IMG/VR virus record: IMGVR_UViG_3300027863_000020
Span: 32,001-96,000 of that record
From: a virus
Reading direction: 5' to 3' (one strand)
DNA: 64,000 nt
Shown here: in pieces, positions 17,976 through 27,955 of the stretch
Position numbering within the stretch: the stretch's first letter is position 1
Layout of the letters: every line of letters begins with the position of its first letter
Program-made: the position numbers and the translations under genes
The notes under the pieces: generated by a model
Databases searched by the model: none
The model's input: only the letters and a program-made list of their open reading frames with translations
Told to the model about the DNA's origin: nothing

Positions 17976-19961
17976 ATGGCAGTCACCATTCGTAAAGAAG
18001 ATGCGCCCGGCACTTATCTGGCAGAGAAGGATGAGTCTGGTGGTCGTGTCCTTCCCGCTTCCACCCGTGGAGTTGCCGTAGTCGGCTACTTCGCAAAAGG
18101 CCCGGTGAATCGGAGAGTCCGTCTTCGTTCACAGGATGAACTCATTTCCGTCTTCGGTGCATCCGACATTGCCAAGTTTGGCTATGCTTGGTGGGTCGCA
18201 TACGAAGCACTCACCGAATCCGATGAAGTCTATGTGATCCGTGTTGTCAATGACACAGCGGTCGCAAATGACAAGTTGCTCTATGCGGGACTTGCCTACA
18301 ATGCGGGATGGGGTACTACCTTTGCGGGTGTTGCCGAACTCCCCACAAGCTCCGTGGTCTCCCATGAAAGTCTCCCTCTTGGAAAGGGCTATTCTCCCGA
18401 CAAGATCGTCTCCCTTGATGGTATGACCGTTGCCAACGATGGCTTCACTCTCGCAAGTGCAGTACCCGGTCTCGAAGGAACCCTGATTGGTTTCGAGATT
18501 GTCGGTGCGAAGGCCAACATCACAACCATCACTCCGACTTGGAGCGCAACCCCGTCCACCCCCGTTCTCAACGATCTCTACGAAGACACGAATGGAAACC
18601 TTTGGCGCATCACGAAGAGCGGTGCGGTTGGAACCACTCAACCCGCATGGCCTACCACTCCGTATTTCGGACAGCAAGTGACCGATGGCAATGCCGTCTG
18701 GACTTCCACAACCGAAATCCGTGAAAAGGATGTCCTTGGTCTTTCCGCAAAGTATCCTACGATGTGGTGGAAGATTCTTCGCCTCCGTGTTTACCAGAAG
18801 CCGAATTCTTCCGTGACTACCTTCACTGGTCTCCCCATTGTCGATGAATTCTTCTTCACCCTTGACGATTCCGTGACCACTGGTGGCGTGGCTATGCAAG
18901 CCAATCGCATCATCAATGGAAAGGGTCGCAATCTGGTCTATATCCGTGTCGGCTCCGACTTTTCCGATGGCACGATTGACATGAGCGAAGGTGTGTTTGA
19001 TGGTTCCGAATTCAACACCAGTGGGATCAAAGCCCTTCTTGGTGGTCAGGTCGGTGTCAATTCCATCACCCATACCTCTGGTCTCGCTCAAATTGGAAGC
19101 GGTTGGGAACTCTTCAAGGTTCGTGAGTATTCTTCTTGGAATCTCGCAGACACTTGTGTTGATCCCGATTTGGATGCCACTTTCAGCGTGTCCCAGAAGC
19201 TCAATGATGTGGTCGCAACCCGCATGGGTGCGATGTACACCGCTCAAGTGTCCAAAGTCACCGACATCCGAAAGGAACAGGTGGAAATCACAGCAGAACC
19301 CGCCTTTGCGGGTCTCAAGGATGCGTCCTATGGTGCGTTCTATGCGGGTTTCGACCGTAGGCGTGATCCGATCAGCGGTCGCCTTGTGTGGCTCCCCAAG
19401 TCCATCGAAGGTCTCCGTGCTATCCTGAAGGCGGGTCGTATGTTCAACGATGCACAAGCCCCTGCGGGTGCGGTCGTTGCGGTCTGTAAGGGCATTGAGC
19501 AGAATGTCGAGTTCTCCAAGGTCGATTGCGGATACCTCTACGCCAAGAACATCAATACCTCCATCAAGAAGCCCGAAGGCAATGTGATGTGGGGTCAGAA
19601 GACCGCACAGCGTACCGAATCCAAGCGTGATCGCATCAATGTAAGGCGTATCCTCAACAAGATCGGTCTCGATCTCGAACAGATTGGTGATAGCCTGATT
19701 TGGTCGAACATCTCCCCCGCTTTGATGGAGCGTCTGTACACAGCAGTTGATCGCAACCTTGAACAGCGTTCGGGTGAGGGGTATTTCGATACCTCCACGA
19801 AGGAAGCGGGTAAGGGTTATCGTGTCAAGGTCATGCGGAACCCCGACAACAAGAACCGTCTCGATGTCCGTGTGGAAGTCATCCCGATTGACACTCTGGA
19901 ATGGGTCGGTGTCGAAATCGTTGTGACCGATGCGGGTGTTGAATCCGTGACCGAAGTGTAA
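17976..19961 (+). CDS. gp18: Tail sheath protein
   Basis: 'PGTYLAEKD', 'GYFAKGPVN', 'APAG', 'WGQKT', 'RINVRR'. Confidence 0.95.
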   Translation: MAVTIRKEDAPGTYLAEKDESGGRVLPASTRGVAVVGYFAKGPVNRRVRLRSQDELISVFGASDIAKFGYAWWVAYEALTESDEVYVIRVVNDTAVANDKLLYAGLAYNAGWGTTFAGVAELPTSSVVSHESLPLGKGYSPDKIVSLDGMTVANDGFTLASAVPGLEGTLIGFEIVGAKANITTITPTWSATPSTPVLNDLYEDTNGNLWRITKSGAVGTTQPAWPTTPYFGQQVTDGNAVWTSTTEIREKDVLGLSAKYPTMWWKILRLRVYQKPNSSVTTFTGLPIVDEFFFTLDDSVTTGGVAMQANRIINGKGRNLVYIRVGSDFSDGTIDMSEGVFDGSEFNTSGIKALLGGQVGVNSITHTSGLAQIGSGWELFKVREYSSWNLADTCVDPDLDATFSVSQKLNDVVATRMGAMYTAQVSKVTDIRKEQVEITAEPAFAGLKDASYGAFYAGFDRRRDPISGRLVWLPKSIEGLRAILKAGRMFNDAQAPAGAVVAVCKGIEQNVEFSKVDCGYLYAKNINTSIKKPEGNVMWGQKTAQRTESKRDRINVRRILNKIGLDLEQIGDSLIWSNISPALMERLYTAVDRNLEQRSGEGYFDTSTKEAGKGYRVKVMRNPDNKNRLDVRVEVIPIDTLEWVGVEIVVTDAGVESVTEV

Positions 19962-19987
19962 GTCAATTGATGAAATTGACGGGATTT

Positions 19988-20016
19988 GGGATAGGGTGTA
20001 TGCCCTATCCCTTTTT
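19988..20016 (+). terminator. Rho-independent terminator
   Basis: GGGATAGGG-TGTATG-CCCTATCCC-TTTTT. Confidence 0.85.
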
Positions 20017-20027
20017 CAATATCAATA

Positions 20028-20068
20028 ATGTATCTTGTATTGCACAACTATCGAAAATGTGTTATATT
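20028..20068 (+). promoter_or_regulatory. Early promoter TTGCAC-N17-TATATT with an upstream inverted ATACAAGATACAT box
   Basis: -35 at 20040, -10 at 20063, ATG 6 nt later. Confidence 0.65.
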
Positions 20069-20074
20069 GAAGTT

Positions 20075-20287
20075 ATGAGACAGAATTGGACACATAATAG
20101 GTTCCGTTGTGGCGAAGTGGTTGATACCTGTTTTGGTGTTGGTAAGGTCGTTGGAATCGACCTCCCTCAATCACAGAATGCGTGGCGGTGGCTTGTGGAA
20201 ATCGTCAATCCCACCCGCCCGATATATGGTTCACCAGTCCTTGCATTCTTCGACAAGGAATTGACTGGAATTGAAACCCATAAATAG
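20075..20287 (+). CDS. Small hypothetical protein (70 aa)
   Basis: MRQNWTHNRFRCGEVV...; start inferred from promoter geometry. Confidence 0.6.
   Translation: MRQNWTHNRFRCGEVVDTCFGVGKVVGIDLPQSQNAWRWLVEIVNPTRPIYGSPVLAFFDKELTGIETHK
20279..20286 (+). promoter_or_regulatory. Late promoter (CATAAATA)
   Basis: Consensus match before an AAGGA RBS. Confidence 0.7.
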
Positions 20288-20316
20288 AATGTAAGCCTTA
20301 ACCCCAAGGAACGATT

Positions 20317-23193
20317 ATGCCATTGAAGATCAGTGAGAAGAAGAAAGAGGAATTGAAGAAGCAGATCATCGAAATGCGGAAGAAGCGTTCCGCAAGTCAC
20401 GATGTCACTGCGATGATTGACGGTTTCAAGGGGGTCGATGCCTCCGACAAGCGTTATGAGAAAATCATCGACCTGTACATTCGTCTTGGTGGTGGTCAAT
20501 ACGGTGCTACGAAGGAAAAGATCATTGCCAAGCTCAATGAAGAATCCAAGAAGTCAGCAGAAGCCCGTAAGGATTTGAAATCCACCACTTCGATGGCGAA
20601 GTACGGGATTGACGGTGCGTTCGATGGCTTGCTCATGGAAATCGCAAAGAATCCACAGCTTGACGATCTCATGGCATTCGAGGATGAAAACTTCCCCGAA
20701 ATCAATCTCTCCGTATTCTCCGACTTCTGTACACAAATCCGATTGGATTATGGATCGTTCCTTTTCAATGGGTCGGTAATCAACAATGGCTACAACGAGA
20801 AGCCCCGTACTCCCGAATTCGTGCTCTGGTCTCCCAAGGGTGGCGCAATCAATTCCAAATGGGATTTGATGGTCAAGAAAGGTCGCATTCCCAACAAGCC
20901 CGAATATCAACCCAAGACCGCATGGTGTGATCCCCATGCTATGATGGCGTTCAATGTCGATCTTCTCAAGTCGTTGATGATTAAGGCATACTACACGGGT
21001 GTCACCGCCAAGGATTCCGCACGGGGAAAGAAGTACAAGTCCAATGGTGGAAAATTCCCAGACTATTGGTGGCCTGTCGAGTACATCATCATTCACGAAG
21101 TTCTGCATTTCAAGCAGGGCGACTTCTACAATGTCGAGCAAATGAGTTCCTTGATTGACGAACTCAAGTCGAATGCCAAAAAGCCATTCCACAAGACCAA
21201 GTTTGCCCACACGATTTCCAACATCACCCAAGACCTCATCAATAACTGGATGATTTCCGAAAAGTTGGGACTTCCGATCTTGACTACTGGATGGGTGTCT
21301 GAAAAGCTCAATATGCTAACCCTCAAGGAAGAGTCCCTGAAGACGGGCGAACCTCCCCTTATCGTGGGTATGCGTATTGTGATGAATGACCTCATTTCGC
21401 TCAAGAAGGAAGACCCCGAAGAGGCCAAGAACGCTATGGAGAATCAGCAAGATCAGCACCACAACGACTCCGAAGATTCGGAAAGTGGTGACGATCAAGG
21501 CGAAGGTGGCGAAGGCCAAGGTCAGGGCGAAGGCCAACAAAGCGATGGAATCGAAGATGATTCCGAAGATGGTGATGGTCAGGGCGAAGGCCAAGGCCAA
21601 GACGGTCAGGAAGGTGGTCAGGAAGGCGAAGAACAGGACGGGCAAGGTTCTGGTTCTGGTGAAGACAAAGATGGTCAGGAAGGCGATAAAAAGGGCAAGG
21701 GAAAAGGAAAGGGTGTTCCCTCCGACAAGGACATTGACGATATGGAAGACCTTGCCGATGAAGTGAGCCAAGAGAAGCCCGAATTGGGCGATGAGACCAA
21801 GAACGATGAGGGTCAAACGAAGACCAATCAGCAAGCCAATACCGCCCAAAAGAAAAAGAAGAAGATTGACGATGCTTTGGACAAGTCCAATGACAAGAAG
21901 GGCGAACCACAGGAAGGTGATGGAAAGGACGGTAAGGGGGAAACCGATTCTGGTAGCGATTCCACCGATTCGTCCACCGACCCATCCGAAACCGAAAGTG
22001 GCGAAAACACTGGAAACTGGCAAGACAAGGTATCGAAAGAAACCGATGATGTCGAGTTCGATCCTACGAATATGCCACAGGGCGAAACCGATCAGGAAGC
22101 AGAACAAGCAAGCGAAGATGCTTTCAATGATGTCGATGACGCATGGGACAATATGAACGAGGGTCTGGACAAGATTTCCGATCAGCTTGACAAGGTTGCC
22201 GACACCGAATCCAAGATGCGTACCCGTGAGGAAATCGAAGAAGCGGAGAAGAAGCGCAAGGAAGAACGAGCGGAAGCGGCACGGTCGATTGGACAGCAAT
22301 TGTCCAAGGAATCAGCGGTCATTTCAGCGGATTCGGCACTCTCTTGGAAGACCATGATTAACGAGTTCTTCGTCAATTACAAGATCAAGCAAGAGACCTA
22401 TGCCCGTATGTCTTCCCAGACCATTGCCAATATCACGGCCTCCGATGGAAAGGGCGCAATTGCGATTGATCCCGGCATCATCAAGGAAGATTCCAAGCAG
22501 AAAGTCCGTGTTGTGTTCTGCTTCGATGTCTCTGGCTCCGTGTGGAACCAGATTGGAAAGGCCAACCTTCAGCTTTGGAATTATGTCAAGAAGTTCGGAA
22601 ACCGAATTGACGAATGTTGGTTCATGCGCTTCAGTTCCGAAAACAACTACGACATTCACCTTCTCTCCGATACCAAGAACTTCTCTGGTGTGAAATTGAC
22701 ACCTTCTGGAAAGCGGAAGATCATGGAAGCGGGTAAGGGGAACAAGGGAGAATTCAAACTGGATGTAGAAGACATCTATCCAAGGCCAAGGAAGTTCTCT
22801 GCGATCATGTCGGGCGAAGGCGGGAAACAGACATACAATGCCGATGAGGATGAATCTTCTGCGATCCCCACGGGTGGAACCGACTTCACCAACAAGATTC
22901 TCAATATGTTGGAAGCCTTCTATCGTAGGGGTTGTGGTATCATCTTCTTCACGGACTCCGATTGTGCGGGTGGGCAAAATCTTGAGTCGATGAAGACCAT
23001 GCTATTCGACACCTTTGGCGTTCCTCCCCGCAAGAAATCAATCGGTGTGTGTATGACACAGGCCAAGGACTATGTTGCTATGGTCAAGGGTCTTGGAACC
23101 GAAAGCTCTGCGAATGGAGCATGGCGAATCACCTATTTCACCAACGAAGCCTATACCGAAGCGGTTGGCTTTGACGATAGCGACACTAACTAA
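20317..23193 (+). CDS. HExxH metallopeptidase-like domain + acidic linker + VWA domain protein (DUF2201-type architecture)
   Basis: 'IIIHEVLHF'; long D/E/G/Q linker; MIDAS 'FDVSGS', 'GGTDF', 'IIFFTD'. Confidence 0.85.
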   Translation: MPLKISEKKKEELKKQIIEMRKKRSASHDVTAMIDGFKGVDASDKRYEKIIDLYIRLGGGQYGATKEKIIAKLNEESKKSAEARKDLKSTTSMAKYGIDGAFDGLLMEIAKNPQLDDLMAFEDENFPEINLSVFSDFCTQIRLDYGSFLFNGSVINNGYNEKPRTPEFVLWSPKGGAINSKWDLMVKKGRIPNKPEYQPKTAWCDPHAMMAFNVDLLKSLMIKAYYTGVTAKDSARGKKYKSNGGKFPDYWWPVEYIIIHEVLHFKQGDFYNVEQMSSLIDELKSNAKKPFHKTKFAHTISNITQDLINNWMISEKLGLPILTTGWVSEKLNMLTLKEESLKTGEPPLIVGMRIVMNDLISLKKEDPEEAKNAMENQQDQHHNDSEDSESGDDQGEGGEGQGQGEGQQSDGIEDDSEDGDGQGEGQGQDGQEGGQEGEEQDGQGSGSGEDKDGQEGDKKGKGKGKGVPSDKDIDDMEDLADEVSQEKPELGDETKNDEGQTKTNQQANTAQKKKKKIDDALDKSNDKKGEPQEGDGKDGKGETDSGSDSTDSSTDPSETESGENTGNWQDKVSKETDDVEFDPTNMPQGETDQEAEQASEDAFNDVDDAWDNMNEGLDKISDQLDKVADTESKMRTREEIEEAEKKRKEERAEAARSIGQQLSKESAVISADSALSWKTMINEFFVNYKIKQETYARMSSQTIANITASDGKGAIAIDPGIIKEDSKQKVRVVFCFDVSGSVWNQIGKANLQLWNYVKKFGNRIDECWFMRFSSENNYDIHLLSDTKNFSGVKLTPSGKRKIMEAGKGNKGEFKLDVEDIYPRPRKFSAIMSGEGGKQTYNADEDESSAIPTGGTDFTNKILNMLEAFYRRGCGIIFFTDSDCAGGQNLESMKTMLFDTFGVPPRKKSIGVCMTQAKDYVAMVKGLGTESSANGAWRITYFTNEAYTEAVGFDDSDTN

Positions 23194-23210
23194 TCAAAAG
23201 GAGTACCGAA

Positions 23211-23513
23211 ATGGACTTGCAGACATACCTCACAGCGAATACCCAGAACCTCTCCGATGACGAAAAGAAGGCTCTTGGATTGACCAACCCCGTGAAAGCG
23301 GATGGAACCCCCGATACCGAACCGAAGGGCGTGACCCCCAAATCGTACTCCATCAATGAGTTGTACGAAATGGTCAATCCCGCCACGGGGAGACGGTATT
23401 CGATTCCGTTCCTGTCCCCTGCCGACCCCGACTACAAGAAAAAGTATGCGGACGCAATGCGGACGATGATCGAAGACCCCGAAGTGTTCCAGAAGCTCTT
23501 GGATGGCGAATAA
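23211..23513 (+). CDS. Hypothetical protein (100 aa)
   Basis: AAGGAG RBS. Confidence 0.7.
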   Translation: MDLQTYLTANTQNLSDDEKKALGLTNPVKADGTPDTEPKGVTPKSYSINELYEMVNPATGRRYSIPFLSPADPDYKKKYADAMRTMIEDPEVFQKLLDGE

Positions 23514-23533
23514 TCGAAATTGACGAATCAATC

Positions 23534-23560
23534 AAGTCCCCCAAATCGGGGGACTTTTTG
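23534..23560 (+). terminator. Rho-independent terminator
   Basis: AAGTCCCC-CAAATC-GGGGACTT-TTT. Confidence 0.8.
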
Positions 23561-23632
23561 TTTTTATGCGAAAAACGGCAAACTAACCACGGACGATCTT
23601 CTTCAATGTCAATCTATACCTCTTTCTGAAAC

Positions 23633-23640
23633 CATAAATA
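23633..23640 (+). promoter_or_regulatory. Late promoter (CATAAATA)
   Basis: Consensus match. Confidence 0.7.
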
Positions 23641-23684
23641 GGAATAGCGAGAGCTTGAACTTCATAAACGAAAAGAGGTCATAC

Positions 23685-26600
23685 ATGAAGAAACTGTACC
23701 CAATCACCAAGTTCGTCATCGGTGCTATCCTTGAGGAAGGAGCCGATGGGGGCTATACCGACAAAACCCTGATTTTCCCGCCCCTATTGGATGGCTCCCC
23801 TTCGGATGCAATCATCGGGCAACTGGAAGCATCCGCTCAAAAAGACGGTGATCGGGTCAATGAGAACGCCTTGGCATTGACGATGCTTGGAACTGGTATC
23901 CTCAATATCGAGGATGTCATCAAGTACACGAAATGCTTTGAGGGGAAGATCAATTCGACCCGTGCATCCACTCTCAATCGTGTGAAGGTCAATCTTTTCA
24001 AGAATCCTTCCCTGTACAAGCCATATCCCGGTCAGGAAAAGTATGCCAAATGGGTGGGCTATTCCGACCGAAGTGCCGAAACCAACGGAAACACCTATCG
24101 TATCGAGCGTGATCCCGCCAATCCCGAAAAGGTGCGTTTCCACAAGGTCAATCGTGGTGTGGCGGTTGCCGTCAATGCCGACATCGACAAGGTTCTGAAT
24201 GGCGAAGCGTATGCCCAAGAGGGATTGAGCATTCCGTCCCCTGTCGCAACCCCCTCCGTCCCCCCTCCCGCCCAAGAAACCAAGATTGACGCTCCCGAAG
24301 TCAAGGAAACCCCCGTCACTCCCGAACCGACTTCTGCGCCTACCCCCGCTGAAACAGTGCCTAGCGGTGGTGTCGAAGCATCCGCTCAAGAGGCTCTTGC
24401 CAATGCTCAACAAGCGGAACGCATTGCAACGGGCAATCCCGCCATTCCTACGGCCTCTGTACCGTCTTCCGAAGCCGTCCCTTCCACCAACGAGCCTGTC
24501 GCTCCCGAAGCCACAGACATCTCCAAAGCGGGTGTCAATCAGGTCAAGGATGAGACACAGACCATCAACAACGATCCAGAACCACAGAACACGGGCGACC
24601 AGTCTGGTGTTGGTGATACCCAAGTGTCTTCCGATGAAGCCCAAGCCCCCGCAGTCGGTGGTGGTGCTACTGGAACTGGAATGGGTGCGGTGAAGGCTAT
24701 TGCCGAATCTGCGAAATTCCAAGAAGACATTTCCAAATTGATGTCCCGCTACAAGGCGGGTGAGCGTCTGAAGCAGAAGTACAACCAGAATGTGAGCGAC
24801 CTGTTCTCCGACAAGAAGATGGTGAAGATCAAGAACATCTCCCAGAATTTTGTCGATAAGCTCAAGGTTGTCATGGTGGACATGAAGGAAAAGGCAACCA
24901 AGGGCAAGAATGCCAAGATGGGTATGCTTCTCACTGGTGATCCCGGTGTTGGTAAGACCTCTTTCATCCGCTCCCTTGCCGATGCAGTCGGTCTTCCGCT
25001 CATCACAATCGAAGCTCCCCATATCACCAAAGAACACCTCATCAATATCCCATTCCTTGTGAAAGACCCCTTCATTCCAGAAGGTGTCCAGAAAATCGCA
25101 ACTGGAAAAGACCATGATCCGAACCTGAATGATGACAGGCACGATTGGCGCATTGAGAATGCGGAATCGAACATCGTGACCGAAATGATTAAGGCACGGG
25201 GCAAGAAGAAGAACAAGTTTACCGATGAATTCTGGATGAAGAAGATTCGTACTTCTCCGATCATTGACAAGGCGTTCGACCAAGACCCGAACCTCTTGCA
25301 GACCGCCCAAGTCATCCGTCAATTCTTCTCTTGCATCTTCTTTGTGGATGAATTCTTCCGCACGGACGATCCTAGCGTCCAGAACATCCTCCGTGCTATC
25401 ATCAATGGAAAGGTTGGAAACGACAACCTTCCAGACGATGTGTACTGCATCTATGCCGCCAACATGAAGAATGACGATGGTTCTTTCTCCAAGATTCCGT
25501 CCAATATGCAGTTTGGTGGTATGCTCAATTTCGACATGGCTACCGCTGAAGATTGGGGTAAGCAGTATTTCAATGTCCAGTACACGGAAAATGTCGCAAT
25601 GGCACGGGAACTGAAGGCCAAGGTCGAATCCAATACCGCAACCGATGAAGAGCGGGAAATGTGGAATTCTTCTGAAAAGACCCGCAACCTTGCCAACATG
25701 ACCGTATCCATCAATCAGGATTTGACCAATGCGATTACCGATGCTATCGGGGATCAGCTTGGCAAAGTCACCGATGGAAAGGGTCTTCGCCTGTCCCCCC
25801 GTAGGCTTGAGCAGATCGTGTTGTCGATCAATGCGATTGCCGATGGTATTGGAGATGGAAAGTATCCGTTCCTCAATGCCGAAAACATCAATGCGTTCCT
25901 CCGTGTCCAGTTCCGTGACTACCTCTCTGGTGCGGTCAATGAGGATGTCTTCAAGGCGGTCTCCAAGGCAGTTCTTGAGAAGTTGGGCATCCCACAGACC
26001 GATAAGGTCACGCATCCGTCCAATTGGGAAGATAGCATGAAGCTCCAATTGTTCCTCAAGGACAAACTTGGTTCCTTCCGTAGCTATCCCACGGTGGTTG
26101 CGGGTGAGCCCGGTATTGGAAAGACGCAGATTATGGAGTCTGCTCTTGGCTCAATGAACATCCAAATGATTACCATTGAAGCCCACACATTGACAAAGGC
26201 ATCCGTCATCGGTATGCCGATTGTCAAGACCATGAGCGAAGATGAAGTCAGGCTCCGTAAGGAAACGACCGACAAGTATCTCTCCAAGAGTTCCCAAATC
26301 TCCAAGGAAATGATGGATCAGGTCATTGTCGAATCTGGTATGGACTCCAAGGTTGTGACCGACTTTATGAGCAAGTTGGATGTCGGACGCTATACCGAAT
26401 TCGCTCCACCCGCACTCTATCGCTACATCATGTTCGAGTATTTCCGCTACCTCTCCGATTATGCACGGTATGATCGGGAAGAACAGCAGGGAGTCGCCAA
26501 GAACGACCGCAAAGGCCGTCCCCGTCCAGAAGGCAAGTACAAGGTTGCTCTGTTCCTTGACGAATTGAGCCGTGTCGAAGATACCTCCATCTTCAATGCA

Positions 26601-27884
26601 CTCCGTCTGGTTCTTCTGGAAGGCAAGTTTGGCGATGGCAACAAGCTCCCAGACGATATGCTCATCATTGGCGCACTCAATCCGACCGACCGTGGAGAGA
26701 ATGTGCGTGAATTGACCGACCATATGAAGGATGTGCTCGACATCGTTCCCGCTGAAGCTAATTGGCCTGAATGGTACAAGTGGCTCCAATCCCATGCCCA
26801 AGACCTGTATTCCGAACAGGTTGGTCATTACAACAAGATCGTTGAAAAGGGAACGGTGGAACTTGAAGAAGGCGATTCCGTCCCCGCAATCATCGTTGCC
26901 TCCGATATGTACCCTCTCGGAATCAGTCCGTTCAATTTCGCAGAAGCGGTTGCCGAAGTCCTCAATTATGTGGCATCCACCCACATGAATGTTGGCAAGT
27001 TCGGAGATCAACCAGAAACCCTCAAACGGTTCCCAATGATCGGAACCCCCGCAGTCAATTTCTATTGGCAGGGTATGTCCCCAACCGACAAGGCACTGTA
27101 TCACAACCCACGAAACCTTGCATTGACATTCGATGCGATGGTATCGAGGGCTTTCAGCGATGCGAAGGTGTCAATCGGTGGTGAAGAACTGGATGGAAAC
27201 TTCCTTCTCTTCAAGTTGTTCGAGGTTGAACCCGAAGATCGTCCACCCGCAATGATTGAATCCTTCTTCGGTGTGGTGCGCCAAGGCTTCCTCAATGCCT
27301 ACGAAGCCCAAATGCACGGTCAATTGACCAATATGCAAGAGGTCTCGGAGAATTCCTACAAGGCTTGTTTGGCGAACTTCACGCAGGGCTTGATGGATGA
27401 TGGCACTACGACCATTCTGGAACAGGTGCTTGTTGGAAAGGAATCGAAGCTCGAAGTCGAGAATTTCGATGCCTTCATCAAGAAGAATGGCCTGTCGGTC
27501 AATTCAATCAAGAACTATGCGTATGCCGAAAAGATCAGCAACGATGGCGAAGTCATTGTTGCCGAATTCAATGCGGTGTACGAAGAAGCAATCAAGAACC
27601 CCCCTAGCGGTGGGTACACGATGCTTATGCGCTTGATGTGGATGGTTGCTACCCAGATCGAAGAAAAGCTCCAAACATTCGAGGGAACCGAAAACAAGAA
27701 GGTCACTCTGGATGTGGTGTCTGGAATTCGCACTGGTCTGAAGAAGAGCCTCATCAATTGGTACGGGGCGATCTTTGAACCGCTCTTCACCGATGAGCCT
27801 TCCGTCAAGACCATCATGGAAGACGAAAAGTTCGAGGCGACCTTCACCGATCCGAACATTGAATACTTGAAGGATTATGTCTAA
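23685..27884 (+). CDS. Tandem AAA+ ATPase, MoxR/AAA_5-like (about 1400 aa)
   Basis: Two Walker A (GDPGVGKT, GEPGIGKT), two Walker B (FFVDE, LFLDE), sensor-1 'AAN'/'ALN'; ATG 23685 after GAGG. Confidence 0.88.
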   Translation: MKKLYPITKFVIGAILEEGADGGYTDKTLIFPPLLDGSPSDAIIGQLEASAQKDGDRVNENALALTMLGTGILNIEDVIKYTKCFEGKINSTRASTLNRVKVNLFKNPSLYKPYPGQEKYAKWVGYSDRSAETNGNTYRIERDPANPEKVRFHKVNRGVAVAVNADIDKVLNGEAYAQEGLSIPSPVATPSVPPPAQETKIDAPEVKETPVTPEPTSAPTPAETVPSGGVEASAQEALANAQQAERIATGNPAIPTASVPSSEAVPSTNEPVAPEATDISKAGVNQVKDETQTINNDPEPQNTGDQSGVGDTQVSSDEAQAPAVGGGATGTGMGAVKAIAESAKFQEDISKLMSRYKAGERLKQKYNQNVSDLFSDKKMVKIKNISQNFVDKLKVVMVDMKEKATKGKNAKMGMLLTGDPGVGKTSFIRSLADAVGLPLITIEAPHITKEHLINIPFLVKDPFIPEGVQKIATGKDHDPNLNDDRHDWRIENAESNIVTEMIKARGKKKNKFTDEFWMKKIRTSPIIDKAFDQDPNLLQTAQVIRQFFSCIFFVDEFFRTDDPSVQNILRAIINGKVGNDNLPDDVYCIYAANMKNDDGSFSKIPSNMQFGGMLNFDMATAEDWGKQYFNVQYTENVAMARELKAKVESNTATDEEREMWNSSEKTRNLANMTVSINQDLTNAITDAIGDQLGKVTDGKGLRLSPRRLEQIVLSINAIADGIGDGKYPFLNAENINAFLRVQFRDYLSGAVNEDVFKAVSKAVLEKLGIPQTDKVTHPSNWEDSMKLQLFLKDKLGSFRSYPTVVAGEPGIGKTQIMESALGSMNIQMITIEAHTLTKASVIGMPIVKTMSEDEVRLRKETTDKYLSKSSQISKEMMDQVIVESGMDSKVVTDFMSKLDVGRYTEFAPPALYRYIMFEYFRYLSDYARYDREEQQGVAKNDRKGRPRPEGKYKVALFLDELSRVEDTSIFNALRLVLLEGKFGDGNKLPDDMLIIGALNPTDRGENVRELTDHMKDVLDIVPAEANWPEWYKWLQSHAQDLYSEQVGHYNKIVEKGTVELEEGDSVPAIIVASDMYPLGISPFNFAEAVAEVLNYVASTHMNVGKFGDQPETLKRFPMIGTPAVNFYWQGMSPTDKALYHNPRNLALTFDAMVSRAFSDAKVSIGGEELDGNFLLFKLFEVEPEDRPPAMIESFFGVVRQGFLNAYEAQMHGQLTNMQEVSENSYKACLANFTQGLMDDGTTTILEQVLVGKESKLEVENFDAFIKKNGLSVNSIKNYAYAEKISNDGEVIVAEFNAVYEEAIKNPPSGGYTMLMRLMWMVATQIEEKLQTFEGTENKKVTLDVVSGIRTGLKKSLINWYGAIFEPLFTDEPSVKTIMEDEKFEATFTDPNIEYLKDYV

Positions 27885-27891
27885 TCCGCTT

Positions 27892-27921
27892 GGAAGGGGT
27901 ATGAGTGTACCCCTTCCTTTT
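27892..27921 (+). terminator. Rho-independent terminator
   Basis: GGAAGGGGTA-TGAGTG-TACCCCTTCC-TTTT. Confidence 0.85.
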
Positions 27922-27929
27922 ACCTTTTG

Positions 27930-27937
27930 CATAAATA
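27930..27937 (+). promoter_or_regulatory. Late promoter (CATAAATA)
   Basis: TTGCATAAATAG then AAGGAG. Confidence 0.75.
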
Positions 27938-27955
27938 GAATAAAGGAGTCCAACT

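Noticed and set aside
18129-19457. 442-aa minus-strand ORF
   Set aside because: Antisense shadow of gp18.
21480-21720. GGTCAGG/GAAGGCCAAGG short repeats
   Set aside because: Low-complexity Gly/Gln/Glu linker codons; not CRISPR or a regular tandem array.
23784-26048. 754-aa minus-strand ORF
   Set aside because: Antisense shadow of the AAA gene; unlike the intein HNH, it has no recognisable domain.
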